The position numbers and the translations under genes are program-made. The notes under the pieces are model-generated. The model searched no databases. It had not been told where the DNA came from and worked only from the letters and a program-made list of their open reading frames with translations. DNA of 63,291 nt, filler included, from Octopus bimaculoides (Eukaryota): assembly GCF_001194135.2 (NCBI RefSeq). It is 5 parts of 5 records of this genome, joined end to end, with 100 filler letters (N's around TTAATTAATTAA, not from the genome) between each part and the next. Parts side by side here need not be neighbours in the genome. Positions count along the whole stretch, not along the records: positions 20,999 to 52,687 come from NC_068989.1; 4 more parts are not named here. One strand, 5' to 3'. This document shows positions 23,791 through 36,470 of the stretch, in pieces. The stretch's first letter is position 1. The number at the start of each line of letters is the position of its first letter.

Positions 23791-26314
23791 NNNNNNNNNN
23801 ATGTTTCAAAGTGTTTAGTTAAAAAAAAATAATTAAAATATCTGGCCGTCAAATTAAATAGATCCCCCTCTTTTTCTCTCTCCTTTGTACCTCTTACTAT
23901 AACTTTCTCTCTCTATTTGCTTTGTGTTACCTCTCTATTTTTCTTTCACACACTTGTTTTCATCTCGGTCATTTTATCTTACTACCTTCTACTAAGATGT
24001 AGTGAAAAGAAGTAAGGGACGGGAAAGCGAAAGAGAAAGATTGAAATTATGGAGAAATCTCTATTTCGCTATTATGTCTATTTCTCTCCCTCTCTTCCTA
24101 CAGCTTATTTCCCCTTCGTTTGTTTGTTTTTTTATCTTTCTCGATATCTGTATTTTTTTTCACTCTAAACTCCTCCCTATTGCCCGGACAGAAATAGTGA
24201 CGACATTTTTNNNNNNNNNNNNNNNNNNNNNNNNNNNNNNNNNNNNNNNNNNNNNNNNNNNNNNNNNNNNNNNNNNNNNNNNNNNNNNNNNNNNNNNNNN
24301 NNNNNNNNNNNNNNNNNNNNNNNNNNNNNNNNNNNNNNNNNNNNNNNNNNNNNNNNNNNNNNNNNNNNNNNNNNNNNNNNNNNNNNNNNNNNNNNNNNNN
24401 NNNNNNNNNNNNNNNNNNNNNNNNNNNNNNNNNNNNNNNNNNNNNNNNNNNNNNNNNNNNNNNNNNNNNNNNNNNNNNNNNNNNNNNNNNNNNNNNNNNN
24501 NNNNNNNNNNNNNNNNNNNNNNNNNNNNNNNNNNNNNNNNNNNNNNNNNNNNNNNNNNNNNNNNNNNNNNNNNNNNNNNNNNNNNNNNNNNNNNNNNNNN
24601 NNNNNNNTATATATATATACTTTTTAATCTTCCATTTATGCCTATTTCTTTCCTTAACCATTAACTGTTTTACTTTCATTTTTTTTATCTTTCTCGATAT
24701 CTGTATTTTTTTTCACTCTAAACTCCTCCCTATTGCCCGGACAGAAATAGTGACGACATTTTTAGACATGCATATACACATTGATTTTAATTTCCTATTG
24801 ACGAAGTACAAAATCATAAACACATTGGCATCGCTATAAGACACGCATAATCACTAACTATTTCATCTAAGAGCCGATGTGCACATCATACTTTTTTATT
24901 GTATCATATGAAGATAAAAGCGGTGTATATACTTTGAACACACACACACTCGCACGCGTGTGTATAACGACCGTATTTTAGCAGCATTTAGTAGAAAAGA
25001 CATGTAGTTCTTGAGTCGAAAGGTCATCGCGTGTAAATATCAATGTGTATCGATGCATCGTATAATTGCTTCAAGAAAAACAATATCAATTGCTTAGTAA
25101 GATGGCCATTTATTTATATGATTACTATATTAGTCGTTACAATATAAAAAATATAACTTTCTTCGAGTTGCAGTACACAAGTTATTTGTTGTTCTCGAAT
25201 CCATTTTGTAGATAGTTAACTCATTTGTTTGCGGCTACTAGAGAGAGACAGGATAAGGGATTCAAGGCAGATAGAAACAGTAAGGGTTGTATTGTCCCTC
25301 ATCTAAAGGTGTTCCTTCCTCATCGGAACCGGACGGAGAGAAGAAAGAAAGGTGTTCTCTGATCAGAAGCAGGAGCCAAAGAAAATATCTTATATACTGT
25401 TGCATTTTTATATTCTTCGTAACTAAAGTAGGTCAAGCTAGAAAAAAAAAAGGATACTCTATATCAGTTCTGATCAATCAATGACTCGGAAAGATCTAAG
25501 AAGTCACTTCATTCTCATAAATCAATCTCAGTTCCAAAGGCGAAGACAATAAGTTGATGACTTGTAGCAAAATGTAGATTCAGTTTCGGATCATGGTTTA
25601 GACACTTTGTAGTTGTTCTCTTCAGATAATTTGTTGATAACTGGGGAAATGGCAGGAATGTGCACTATGCGAAAAATTGAAGAACGTTCAAAATTGTGAT
25701 TGCAAAGTGTGAAGTTACACAGATGGATGTGATGCAAGGGACATTCAGCTGTGAACTTTGAGCGAAAGGAGCTGAGATAAGAGAGTGCATTGTCAATTCA
25801 TATAATAAGGAAAATTTCTGACAAATATGTGCAAGCTTTGTAAGTGCCTTAAAAGAAGTGCGGACGCCTGGTGTGCTTGGTATTGTGGTCGTGTACATTG
25901 GCTGTGGATAAGCAAGAAGACAAAGTGCAAAGAATATGTTGGAGCTCAGAGACAGGCAATTTTTATATATATATATATAATGTGACCATCCTGTGGTCTT
26001 ATAGAGATAAGTTCTGTCTGGAAGCAAGGACGCAGAAAACGTAAGCATTCCAGAATTCCAAAATATATCTGACGTGCACTAAGTCAAGAAAAGAACTGAG
26101 TAAGCACAGGCATGGAAAAATACTACGGCGCATGTGTGTTGCTGGGTGTAGGCATGCATGCACGTGTGTATGATCGTTGAATTTTTTTTTTTAATATCAA
26201 ATAGTGCAGAAAAACTGCGAACATTTAAAAGAAAATATGTAACGAAAAACATGCAATGAGAACAGTGAATAATACGAGTGCATGAAAAAGTGAGTAAGCG
26301 GCCAACGTGGAAAA

Positions 26315-27166
26315 TCTTATATTATAAAAGAGACGCAGAACTCCGTCTGTCCGTCCGTCACAACATCTATTAGAGGGAGAGAAAGAAAGGGAGGGATCAA
26401 AATATACATCAATGTAATTTTAGAAGGGGTTGAGAAAGTTGTTGGAAAGAGAAATACGGTGTCAACGACAGAGAGAGGGTGTGTGCGATAGATAGATAGA
26501 CATGCAGTGTTGTCACCATAGTGGCTAACAAGTTTTGATTAAAAACGCGGTGCAATTCTGTCAACACAGCTTTAAAAAAGACTTTCATTAAATAACAATA
26601 TGGATAATTACTTTTTTGATTGTTTGTGTGTGCGGCGTCTATGTTTTTCTGTATGGCTTTCATTATAGAGACAACGCAACACAGCTTTAAAAAAATCTTT
26701 CACTACATAAAATACGGATAGTTATTTTTGTTGTTCTTTGTGTGTGCGTGTGTGTGTGTGCGTGTGTGTGTGTGTGTGTGTGTGCGTGCGTGCGTGTTTA
26801 TGTATGTTTCTCAACATAGAGACAATGCAACACATGCTTTTAAAAAAACTTCCATTATAAGGACACGTTGTAGTTGAAAGAGAAATTCAGTATCTGAGAG
26901 AGAGTGTGTGTGTGTATGTGTGTAAAAGATGTAAAATTTGTTTCAAGAAAAAATAGGTTGTTGTTTAGAAAGGAATACAGTGAGAGAGAGAGAGAGAGAG
27001 CGTATGTGTGAGTGTGTGCGCGCGCGCGCGAAAGAGAAATAGATAAGCTGTGGTCATCATAGTAACTAATGTGACTTTCACTATATAACAGTTTACTATT
27101 AAAAGAAGTTACGTGCATGATTAATAAATATTTTTACTAGCAGCGTAGCGACGGGTAAAGACTTAG
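26315..27166 (+). mobile_element. Non-autonomous Helitron-like element
   Basis: 5' A|TCttatattataaaag with a gtctgtccgtccgt tract; 3' gcgtagcgacggg half-hairpin then ttag (degenerate CTAG); internal tandem units. Confidence 0.5.
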
Positions 27167-28961
27167 CACATTATAAAAAATATGAATGCACATGAATTAG
27201 GAGTATTCACGGCATTAGTCTTCTTGGAATTAGCCTTCACTGCATTAGTCTTCGTGGAATCAGTCTTTGCAGAATTGGTCTTCATGGAATTTTGAACAAA
27301 ATTGTTTGGCGAGTTTTTGAAAATGTAAACAAATAGTTTGCAGAGCAGAAAACATAACTGTATGAAATGAAATGTAAACAAAAGAATGGCAAATTTGGAT
27401 GGTAAGAATATCCTTTGCTAAACATCGGTACTGAAATGCAAGAGAAAAGTAGATGTATGCTAATTTCTCAAGTTAATATGCACAATTGTATGTGAGAACT
27501 GTGGAAAAACGAAGAAAGTTTTTTTATTCACTTCACGACGCGAGCGAAAAGTGAGAGACTGTCGAAAATGTTGCGCTTGCAGGCTTCCATAGTTTCGTCC
27601 ATATCATTCTGTGTGATTGCCTGATAAAAATGTTGTACTTGTGGTCTTCCATGGTTTCATCTAAGTAGTTTTATGTGGACAGCAGTTATTTCTTTGTATG
27701 TGCAGCTACAGAAGCACTTCAAATTGTTGGCCCTGAGAAAACTTGCAGCGATGTAATCTGGTTATTCTGTGCATTGTAGTTGGTTGCATTGTTTTTCTTT
27801 GTAGGTCGGAGTATGTTGACGCCAGTTGGAAGTGGGACTGCGGAATTTCGATACAAGACTGAATTTCGTTGTCTTACTGGTTCACGGACCGTATCTTGGT
27901 AAAGTCTGCATTTCGAATCGAAAAGAGTGAATTTATCTTGCAGGATTTAACTGTTTAAAGACTTCGGATTCTCCGGGAATTTAACATAGAAAATTTGCTG
28001 TTACATATAGTTCAAGCTTTGGCTTGGTGTAGTTCGATCCTCTCTAATTGGGGGAGTGTGGGTAGCAAAATGAGGTGTTTTTATTGCATTTTTGACTTAA
28101 GAGACGAAATATATTTTTTACAAATGTTCACTACCTTACAAAAACTATATCATCTAAGCAAATGGTTTTCCCTTAATGCATTAAAAGCATTATAACATAA
28201 CATGATCGTTATTTCAGAAAATTATCGCTGTTCTCTTTGGGTATATAAAAGACAAATTCGGCTGAGGCAAAATGAGTAAGCCAAGATAACAGGTTCATAC
28301 ACATCAATATTCATCTGAGGTCGAATGAAAGAGGATCAGAAGGAAATGGCACATGATTATGAAATTAACAAAACTCGACTAAAAAAAAAATTCAACATAA
28401 ATTATTATCTATAGCTTCACGATCTGTTGGAGTGTCCTCTTCATGATATATTTACTCACCATGCAGTTAAAGAGAAGAAATTGAAATTAGACATCACTCA
28501 TTTTACTCCATTTTCGACATAATTTTTTTGTAACTTGAAAATTATCAAGCTAGACATTAGTGTGGAAAAAATTTGACTTGGAATCCAACAGAGAAAAGAA
28601 TTTTGATTATTAAACACCAAAAATTATCCACATATTTTATTAGTAGCCTCAATTACAATTAAGTCAAAGTTGAGGAAAAATTTCTTGAAAAAAGAGGACC
28701 TGCCACCTAACTATGTTTCAGACTCTCTCAACTTCAACAACAATTATGCTGACCAATATTCACTCCTAAATATGATGCAACTGTACAAAATAGTGATGCA
28801 ATACTTGCAATGTAATGATTTCAAACAAGTAGGGAGAGTATAATAAGAAATTAAAGTTTACTCATTTTGTTTCCCATACAAAAGTTATCATTATATCACA
28901 GGAATGCAACAGTTGGTAATATATCAAGCCAAATAAAATCGTAGTCATGACAGATATTGGT

Positions 28962-29062
28962 GTCATGCATCTGGCACGTAAAAGCACCCATAACACTCTT
29001 AGAGTGGTTAGCATTAGGAACGGCATCCAGCAGTGTAAACCATACCAAATAAGACTGGAGTC
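28962..29062 (+). mobile_element. Family B fragment
   Basis: tggcacgtaaaagcaccc...gagtggttagcattaggaacggcatccagc. Confidence 0.65.
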
Positions 29063-29094
29063 TTATTTGATTTTATTTAGCTTAGTTAATGAAA

Positions 29095-30260
29095 ATTGGT
29101 TGGTATGAAGAATTCAGATTTATCCAAACATGAAGTTGATATAATACTAATGGCTAGGAAAACCATGATTGAATTCAATGGTAAGTAGTGGACTAGAACT
29201 GATAGACCCAATAATTTCGACACCACTATGAGGTCCAGTGATTCGGCTCAAGTAACCAATTTAGTGGGTATTTATATTCTTAATTGTATACATAGTGAAT
29301 TTCCTGAATTAGGTGGTTGATTATATAGAGATGACACTCTGTTCACTATATATAGATCTAGTAAAGTTAATTTGGAAAGGTCTGGGAAAAATCTTTTCAA
29401 ATTCTTTAAATATCTCATTCTCTCTATCTCGATAGAAAATGATTATACTAATGTTACCTTCCTTGATGTTACTCTGGATTTAAGTACTGAACTATACCAA
29501 CCAAATCATAAACCAAACGAGTGCTCAAGATATGTGAATAAAAATTCTAATCTTCCTAGAAGCATCATAAATTCTTTGCTGCACTAGATAAATATTTCCT
29601 GCCTTCAAATAAATATGTGAAATTATTTAATTGTCATAGTATAAAATTTTTGTATTCAATCACCAGAAATTTGGCTGAGATTATAGCTGTACATAAATGG
29701 AAAATTAGGGAATATCTTAAAATCTGTAAACAAGTAGAATCGATAGTGTGGATTGTGAAATTAACACTAATGATAATTTTCCTGAACTAGATTATGATTC
29801 TTTAAGTAAAAGTAATTTTGACTCTGATAATACAGTTAAGTTAAGACCTAGTTTTAATATTAATTACAATAATAATAATCCTGCCTTAACACCTAATTCT
29901 GAGAGGAGAACAAATAGGAATTCTTTGAACCATGAGTCTCAAATACAAGTAACTAAATGACTGTGTAATTGTAAAAACAAAATTGTCTGTCCTTTAGCAA
30001 ATCAGTGTTTAAGGAAAAATATAGTGTATCAATGTAAGGTAATAACAGGGGATCATAATATTGAAATCTAAATTTCATGATTATTTTCATTCATTTAAGT
30101 ATAGAAGACAAGGTAATTCTACAAATCTTAGTAAATGCATTTGGGATTTGAAAGATAGGAACATTAAGCTTGATTTAAAGTGATTCATTATAAGTTATGC
30201 ATCATTGTGCAATATTTGCCAATTCTAAATGTGATCTTTTCCTTGAAGAAATGCATTATA
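29095..30260 (+). pseudogene. Penelope-like element (YRDD, Naiad-like), degraded
   Basis: FDTTMRSSDSAQVTNLVGIYIL...LYRDD...VTFLDVTLDL...LCNCKNKIVCPLANQCLRKNIVYQC...NLSKCIWDLK. Confidence 0.8.
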
Positions 30261-31461
30261 TAATTTCTTCTAAATTAATATTATTAATTTTAATACTAAT
30301 TTTATAATGAAATGTCACAAATTTCAGAAGGCATTGGAATATTTAAATATTTAAATTATTAATTATGATAGCTTTTCATATAATAAGCATAATTTTTCAA
30401 AAAAGTTTACTATATATAATAAATAGATAATTGTCATGACAGAATCTCTATGTTTCCAATTGTCATAACATAGAATTTGTATGTTCATTTTTTATTCTTT
30501 CGTTATCCATTTACATCACCAAGAGTTGAATACAAAAATAGCTTTTCTTTGATTATATTTATTCTTAATGTTCTTTTTCTATGTGTTCGCTTACTGAAAA
30601 TAATTTCTTTGTTCACTTTCAATTTAACTAATTTTGGATCACCTTGAAAATGTTGCATTAGCATGTATTGTCACATATATTAATTTGAATGGTATTTTCT
30701 GTATCTAAATATGTTAATACAACAGAAACGATTGTTAGGTTTGTATGGTAAATTCAACAATTAGAGATGTGATTTTCTCTATCCATATTTTTGTTATATG
30801 CATGTGTGTATGTGTGTTTGTATGTATGTATGTACATACTCATGCAAACGAGCTATCTTTAAGATAGCATGTTTTACATTGATTTTTATATGATTGTATC
30901 AAATATTCCTTTAGTGTGTATATGCATAAGTATGCTTATGGCATGCATGTAGGAAGTGCGCTGGCAAGACATACGACATGGATGGAAGCTCGAGCGTCAA
31001 TAATGGAAATCATAAAATAGAACTATAATTATGTTAAAAAATGTGCATTTATAAATCAATGAAAAATTACTGCCTAAATACTGCCAAAAAATTTCAACCA
31101 GCAAAACCTGTGGAAAATCCACAGCAGGAAAAATATAAAGGGAGCTATTTAAGAAAGGATGATTTGCATTTTTAAAGTATATAAATCTTATTGTAGCCTG
31201 TATTGAATCTATACAATATTTAATACACATTCATTAGTATTTAATTCTATTAAAACTGCAAAATCAATATATAATTGCATATTATGAAATATTTTATATT
31301 ATATGTATTATATACAATTAATATACACAAAATGATATAGAGAATATATACAATGTTTTTATTTACATGATTAATTTCAATACCATTGCAATTTTAAAAA
31401 AAATATTGAGGGCTATTTTGCTAAGTTATTTCACTTCCAGTCACAAAAATATATATATATT

Positions 31462-31813
31462 CTTTTATTCTTTTACTTGTTTCAGTTATTTGACTGCAGC
31501 CATGCTGGAGCACTGCCTTTAGCCAAACAAATTGACCCTAGGACTTATTCTTTCTAAGTCTAGTACTTATTCTATCAGTCTCTTTTACCAAACTACTAAG
31601 TTACGAGGATGTAAACATACCAACATCAGTGTCAAGCGACGGTGAAGGGACAAGCACAGACACACAAATACACACACAAATACACACACACATGCACACA
31701 CACACACGCACACACACACACACACACACATACGATGAGCATCTTTCAGTTTCTGTCTACCAAATCCACTCACAAGGCTTTGGTTGGCCCAAGGCTATAG
31801 TAGAAGACACTTT
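31462..31813 (-). mobile_element. SINE family A lacking its 5' head
   Basis: Colinear with 10047-10390; cut by (TA)n. Confidence 0.8.
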
Positions 31814-31818
31814 CCACG

Positions 31819-31899
<81 letters not shown>

Positions 31900-33459
31900 C
31901 ATATATAAACATATATATATATGTATGTGTGTGTGTGTGTGTGTGTGTGATTCTCTCCCTTTTTCACACCGGGTTGCATAGCTGACTGGTCATAAATTAT
32001 CTGTATCTTGCTGTTTGCTGTTTTCTATATCCTTTAGGATGCCTTCTCAAGTATTACCAACCATTCTTGTCCTTTTGGCCCTGAGGCTATATTTTGCTCG
32101 TTTCTTACTTATTTTATCTTTGTCCATCTGAAATTGCATTTTTTAAACTTTTCTATGTCTACTTTGTATTGTTTTGTTTGCTCTAGGTCCTATATTCTCC
32201 ACAACTTTCACAGTCACCACCAACATGGGTAGTTCTCAGTCTTATCATTAATGGTGCAAAACTGAATATTACTATTTGGTTGATAACTGATGAAAAATTA
32301 GGGACCTTCTGTGTCTGTCTTCTATCTGGTTATACTCTTGGTATATGTATAAGTTTTTTACCTGTTGTTGTTTATTTACAATACATTTTTTTCATTCATT
32401 AAGTAATGGAATGCAACACACCCCAACTTTTATTAACAGTTAGGTTTATGTATCTGTGTGACTCTGTTTTGCCTTCACTCTTCCTCCTTTTCTCTCTCTC
32501 ACCCTCTTACTACTATCTCTAGCCTTTCCACTTCCCCTTTTTTTTCTCTCACCCTCTTGTATTTTTAGCCTTTCTCCCCCCCCCTCCTTCGTTTCCCTTG
32601 TTTTCTCTCGTTCTTTCCCTCTCTCTCTCTTGCTCTCTTTCTCCTCTACCTGCTGCTGACACATGACCTGTAGCCATCTTTACTTTCATTCTCTCCCTTT
32701 TTCATACTGGTTGCATAGCTGACCAGTCGTAAGTATTACCACTTGGTTGATAACTGCTGAGGAATTAGGAACCTTCTGTGTCTGTCTCCTGTTCAGTTGT
32801 GCACTCAGTATATGTATACGTTTTTTACCTGTCATTGTTTATTTACAATACATTTTTTCATTTAAATATATATATATAAACATATATATAAATATATATA
32901 TATAAACATATATATAAATATATATATATAANNNNNNNNNNNNNNNNNNNNNNNNNNNNNNNNNNNNNNNNNNNNNNNNNNNNNNNNNNNNNNNNNNNNN
33001 NNNNNNNNNNNNNNNNNNNNNNNNNNNNNNNNNNNNNNNNNNNNNNNNNNNNNNNNNNNNNNNNNNNNNNNNNNNNNNNNNNNNNNNNNNNNNNNNNNNN
33101 NNNNNNNNNNNNNNNNNNNNNNNNNNNNNNNNNNNNNNNNNNNNNNNNNNNNNNNNNNNNNNNNNNNNNNNNNNNNNNNNNNNNNNNNNNNNNNNNNNNN
33201 NNNNNNNNNNNNNNNNNNNNNNNNNGTGTGTGGAGAAGTTTGTGAATGAATGATTCAACAAGTAGAAAAATGTAAGGGGAGGTAATTGGTGATCATTATT
33301 ATTGGGGACAGAGGAGATAATTGCTGATCTTTCAAGCAGGGGATAAATAAATATATATACACAAAAACTCAAAACTAAAGTAATGAGATGAAATATGTAC
33401 AGTGACAGGTATGTGATCATGAATTAAAATATATACTGAGATCAAAGTTTGTTATGGGT

Positions 33460-34786
33460 TCATATTTAGACATGTTCTGTATTTTTCAATGAACAAATGT
33501 TCTTTACTTAAACATTCTTGTACAGATATCGTTTCTTTGCAGATGGGGAAAACTGTGAAGTTTAGTAGGATATTACCTGCACATCTCTCTATGTATTCAC
33601 TAAATGAATCTATCTGTATTGCAGGAACCAGATCTGTTCCTTATGTAGTGTGGTTCTTCATCTCAGTGTCATACTTGTCTGTCCCATATAGTTATGTCCA
33701 CAAAGTCTTTTCAGTGATTTGTGTTGCTTTATGTATTTGATGAATGCATGTGTTTTCAGAATGTTGTTCATTTTTGGATTCCTAGTGAGCATAGATAGAT
33801 TTTGTACAGTAGTGTTGTATGCCTCATTATTTCTAGGGTTGTGAGTTGATATATACAGTAGTGTTTTGAGATGAGGTGTGGTGTTATGTTTTGTTGCCCT
33901 TAGTGTTTTAATGTCTAATTTCTTAGCCTGCTTAATTCTATCATCTATAAGCAAGGGTGGATATTGTCTTTCAGTTAGTGTTGTTCTGAGGCCTTGAAAA
34001 TGAAGGTCCCAAGTATTTCTATCAGACACTATTGTACAAATTCATTTTCCTAAATTAAAGGGGATATTTCTTTTGATGTGTTTCAGGTGGCATGAGCTAA
34101 ACAGGAGATATTGCTTCAAGTCTGTTGGCTTATGATAAATGTCAGTTATAATATGGTTGTTGCCTTTTTTTTATCATAATATCCAAGAAAGGGAGCTGTT
34201 CTTTGCTATATTCCATTGTAAATTGAATGTTAGGGTTTATATTATTTAGTATTGATTTAAATTCCAAAAATTTATCAATGGACTCCTTCCAAATGATAAA
34301 GGAGTCATCCAAGTATCTTTTCCAGTTCTCTCTTTTATAATGGTGAAATGGATATCCATATTTTTGCAGTGACACTTCATATATGGTGAATTCAGAATAT
34401 CCCATTATTAGGTTCGCAAGAACAGGGGCTTCTAGCATGGATAATACTAGATTGTTGTAGTATTTTGTGTCCATCAGGGCAACAGCACTTCCTTTGCCTG
34501 CTTCTTTAATTGTCAGTTTTTTGTCTTTTTGAAGTTCAATTAGATTTTTCCATTCTAGATTATTGATGTTTGAATTAATTTTTTGCCTGGAAAGTTCCTG
34601 GGTAAAAGAAAATAGGGCTGGATCAGTTAATTATGATTTTATTGAACATATTCCCCTCTCATATTCACACACTTATTGTAGCAGTCCTTCGATTTTTCTA
34701 AGTCCTGTAAAAAGAACTCAGAAGGTTGAACTTCCTATCAGGCATTTTGCAATACCCTTAAAACCAGGAACTTTTCAGCACCCCTC

Positions 34787-34790
<4 letters not shown>
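33460..34790 (-). pseudogene. Penelope-like element (YLDD type), internally deleted
   Basis: LTIKEAGKGSAVALMDTKYY; APVLANLIMGY; WKRYLDDSFIIW; NPNIQFTMEYSKEQLPFLDI; YMGQT (GIY-YIG second motif). Confidence 0.85.
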
Positions 34791-34870
<80 letters not shown>

Positions 34871-36139
34871 GTATATATATATATAAAAACACTTTATATT
34901 TTTTCTTTCTCTCTACCTCTTCAATAAACTTTTTAACTATGTAATTCCCCTCTTCAAGTCATTAACATTTCTGTCTTTCTCTTTCTCTTCACCTCTCACT
35001 TTTACTAACCATGTGAATGACCTCGTAATGCATCAGTTGGTTATCTGCCATCTCACTCATTCCCCCTCCATTTCTCTCACTCTCACACTCTGTCCCCCCC
35101 TCTCTCTCTCACTCTCACTCCATGTCCTCATCTCTAACAAACTTAATGTTAATGTGTGAACAAATGAACAAGCAGAATTATAATATAGATATATATAAGT
35201 GCTGTGTGTCCCACCCACACTTAACAAGAAAACTTCTCACAAACTCTACCACAACAAACCAAACTATGTCTCTACATCTCTTCCTCACATTTCTGCTTCA
35301 TGTACTGTGATTACCTCCCACTCCCCAATCCTGTCCTCTTGGCCCTGTGCGACTGTATCATTGCTCTTCATTTGCCCCCGACCTGTGCGTTCTACCCACA
35401 TGAAGAACCTCACTCTATTGTTGCTATCTGCTAGCCCTCGACCTGGGTGTTCCACCTACACATAACAAGAAAACTTTTCCCTCACCCTACCCCAACAAAC
35501 CAATCTATATCTCTTCTCTTTTTCACATTTCCACCTTCATATGTCTAGCTCTCACCCCCCAATCCTGCCCTTACACCCCTGTTCCTCTGTATCATTGCTA
35601 TCAGGAAGCTCCTCCTACTCTATATACACCCAGGTCTTTTGCTACTTACTCGCACTCTTTAATCACACTCCCTTCACAATATTCTACCACTTATACTATG
35701 GCATTTGAACCTCAAGGGTATGCCCTGGCACTTTCCACCTTCTATATCTCTCTCTTCCTTTACTCAACCCTCTCATTTATATTCTGATCCCCATTCCTTT
35801 TGAGTATGCCTGGCATTTTGCCACCATCTCTATCCCGCTGTCTCCCACTCTGTCTCCTTTTCCTGCACTTCCCTCAGGTTGGGCAACTGTGTATTGTCTT
35901 TGCAGTAGCACATCTGTTTTTGTCTTCATTCCTGATCTTTCTCTCTCCAGCTGGGTAACCTTGTACTTCCTCTACAGAAGACACCTGTATCTGTCTCACT
36001 ATAACCTTCTAATCATCATCTCCTCCAGTGCCTCCTCCCCACTTGAAAATTTTTTTTATGTCTTGCAAGTACTTGGTGACCCAGTCAGTGCAGGTGCCAC
36101 TTCAGTGTCCACACTGTTTAGTAGTTGGTGTTCGGAGGC

Positions 36140-36470
36140 TGTAAAACCTTACCAACTGTAAAAACCTTGCTGTAAAAACCTTGCCAAAACTGACCTCGCT
36201 GTAAAAATCTTGCTAAATTCGACCTTGCCTGTGCTTGTGTCATGTATAAAGTACTACTTACCCTGCCTGTGCTTGTGCCATGTAAAAAGCACTAAGTCCA
36301 CTTTGCTGAGTGGTTGGTGTTAGGAAGGGCATCCAGCTGTGAAAATTCCTTCCAAAACAGTCACAGAAGCTTGGTGCAGGCTTCGGTCTGGCCAGCTCTT
36401 CCAGCATGGAAGACAGACGTTAAACAATGATGATAATGGTGGTGGTGATGATGATGATGATGATGATGAT
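36140..36470 (+). mobile_element. Family B-like RTE tail variant
   Basis: gagtggttggtgttaggaagggcatccagctg...cagcatggaagacagacgttaaacaatgatga; different upstream repeat (gtaaaaaccttgc). Confidence 0.6.

Noticed and set aside
24127-24763. Identical 84-bp segment on both sides of an N gap (24127-24210, 24681-24763)
   Set aside because: Cannot separate a local duplication from an assembly artefact; no function evident
25630-25930. Plus frame interrupted only by TGA for about 95 codons (alternative code or selenoprotein?)
   Set aside because: Expected occasionally by chance across this much sequence; no recognisable protein or SECIS
27205-27290. 15-bp imperfect repeat giving KTNSAKTDST... in ORF 27163-27381
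   Set aside because: A minisatellite next to the Helitron-like end; no coding support
29945-30010. Selenocysteine use in the Naiad-like element (reported for some Naiads)
   Set aside because: The in-frame TGA lies two codons before the CNC motif and all motif cysteines are TGT; the other TGA replaces Gly before LYRDD, so both are decay
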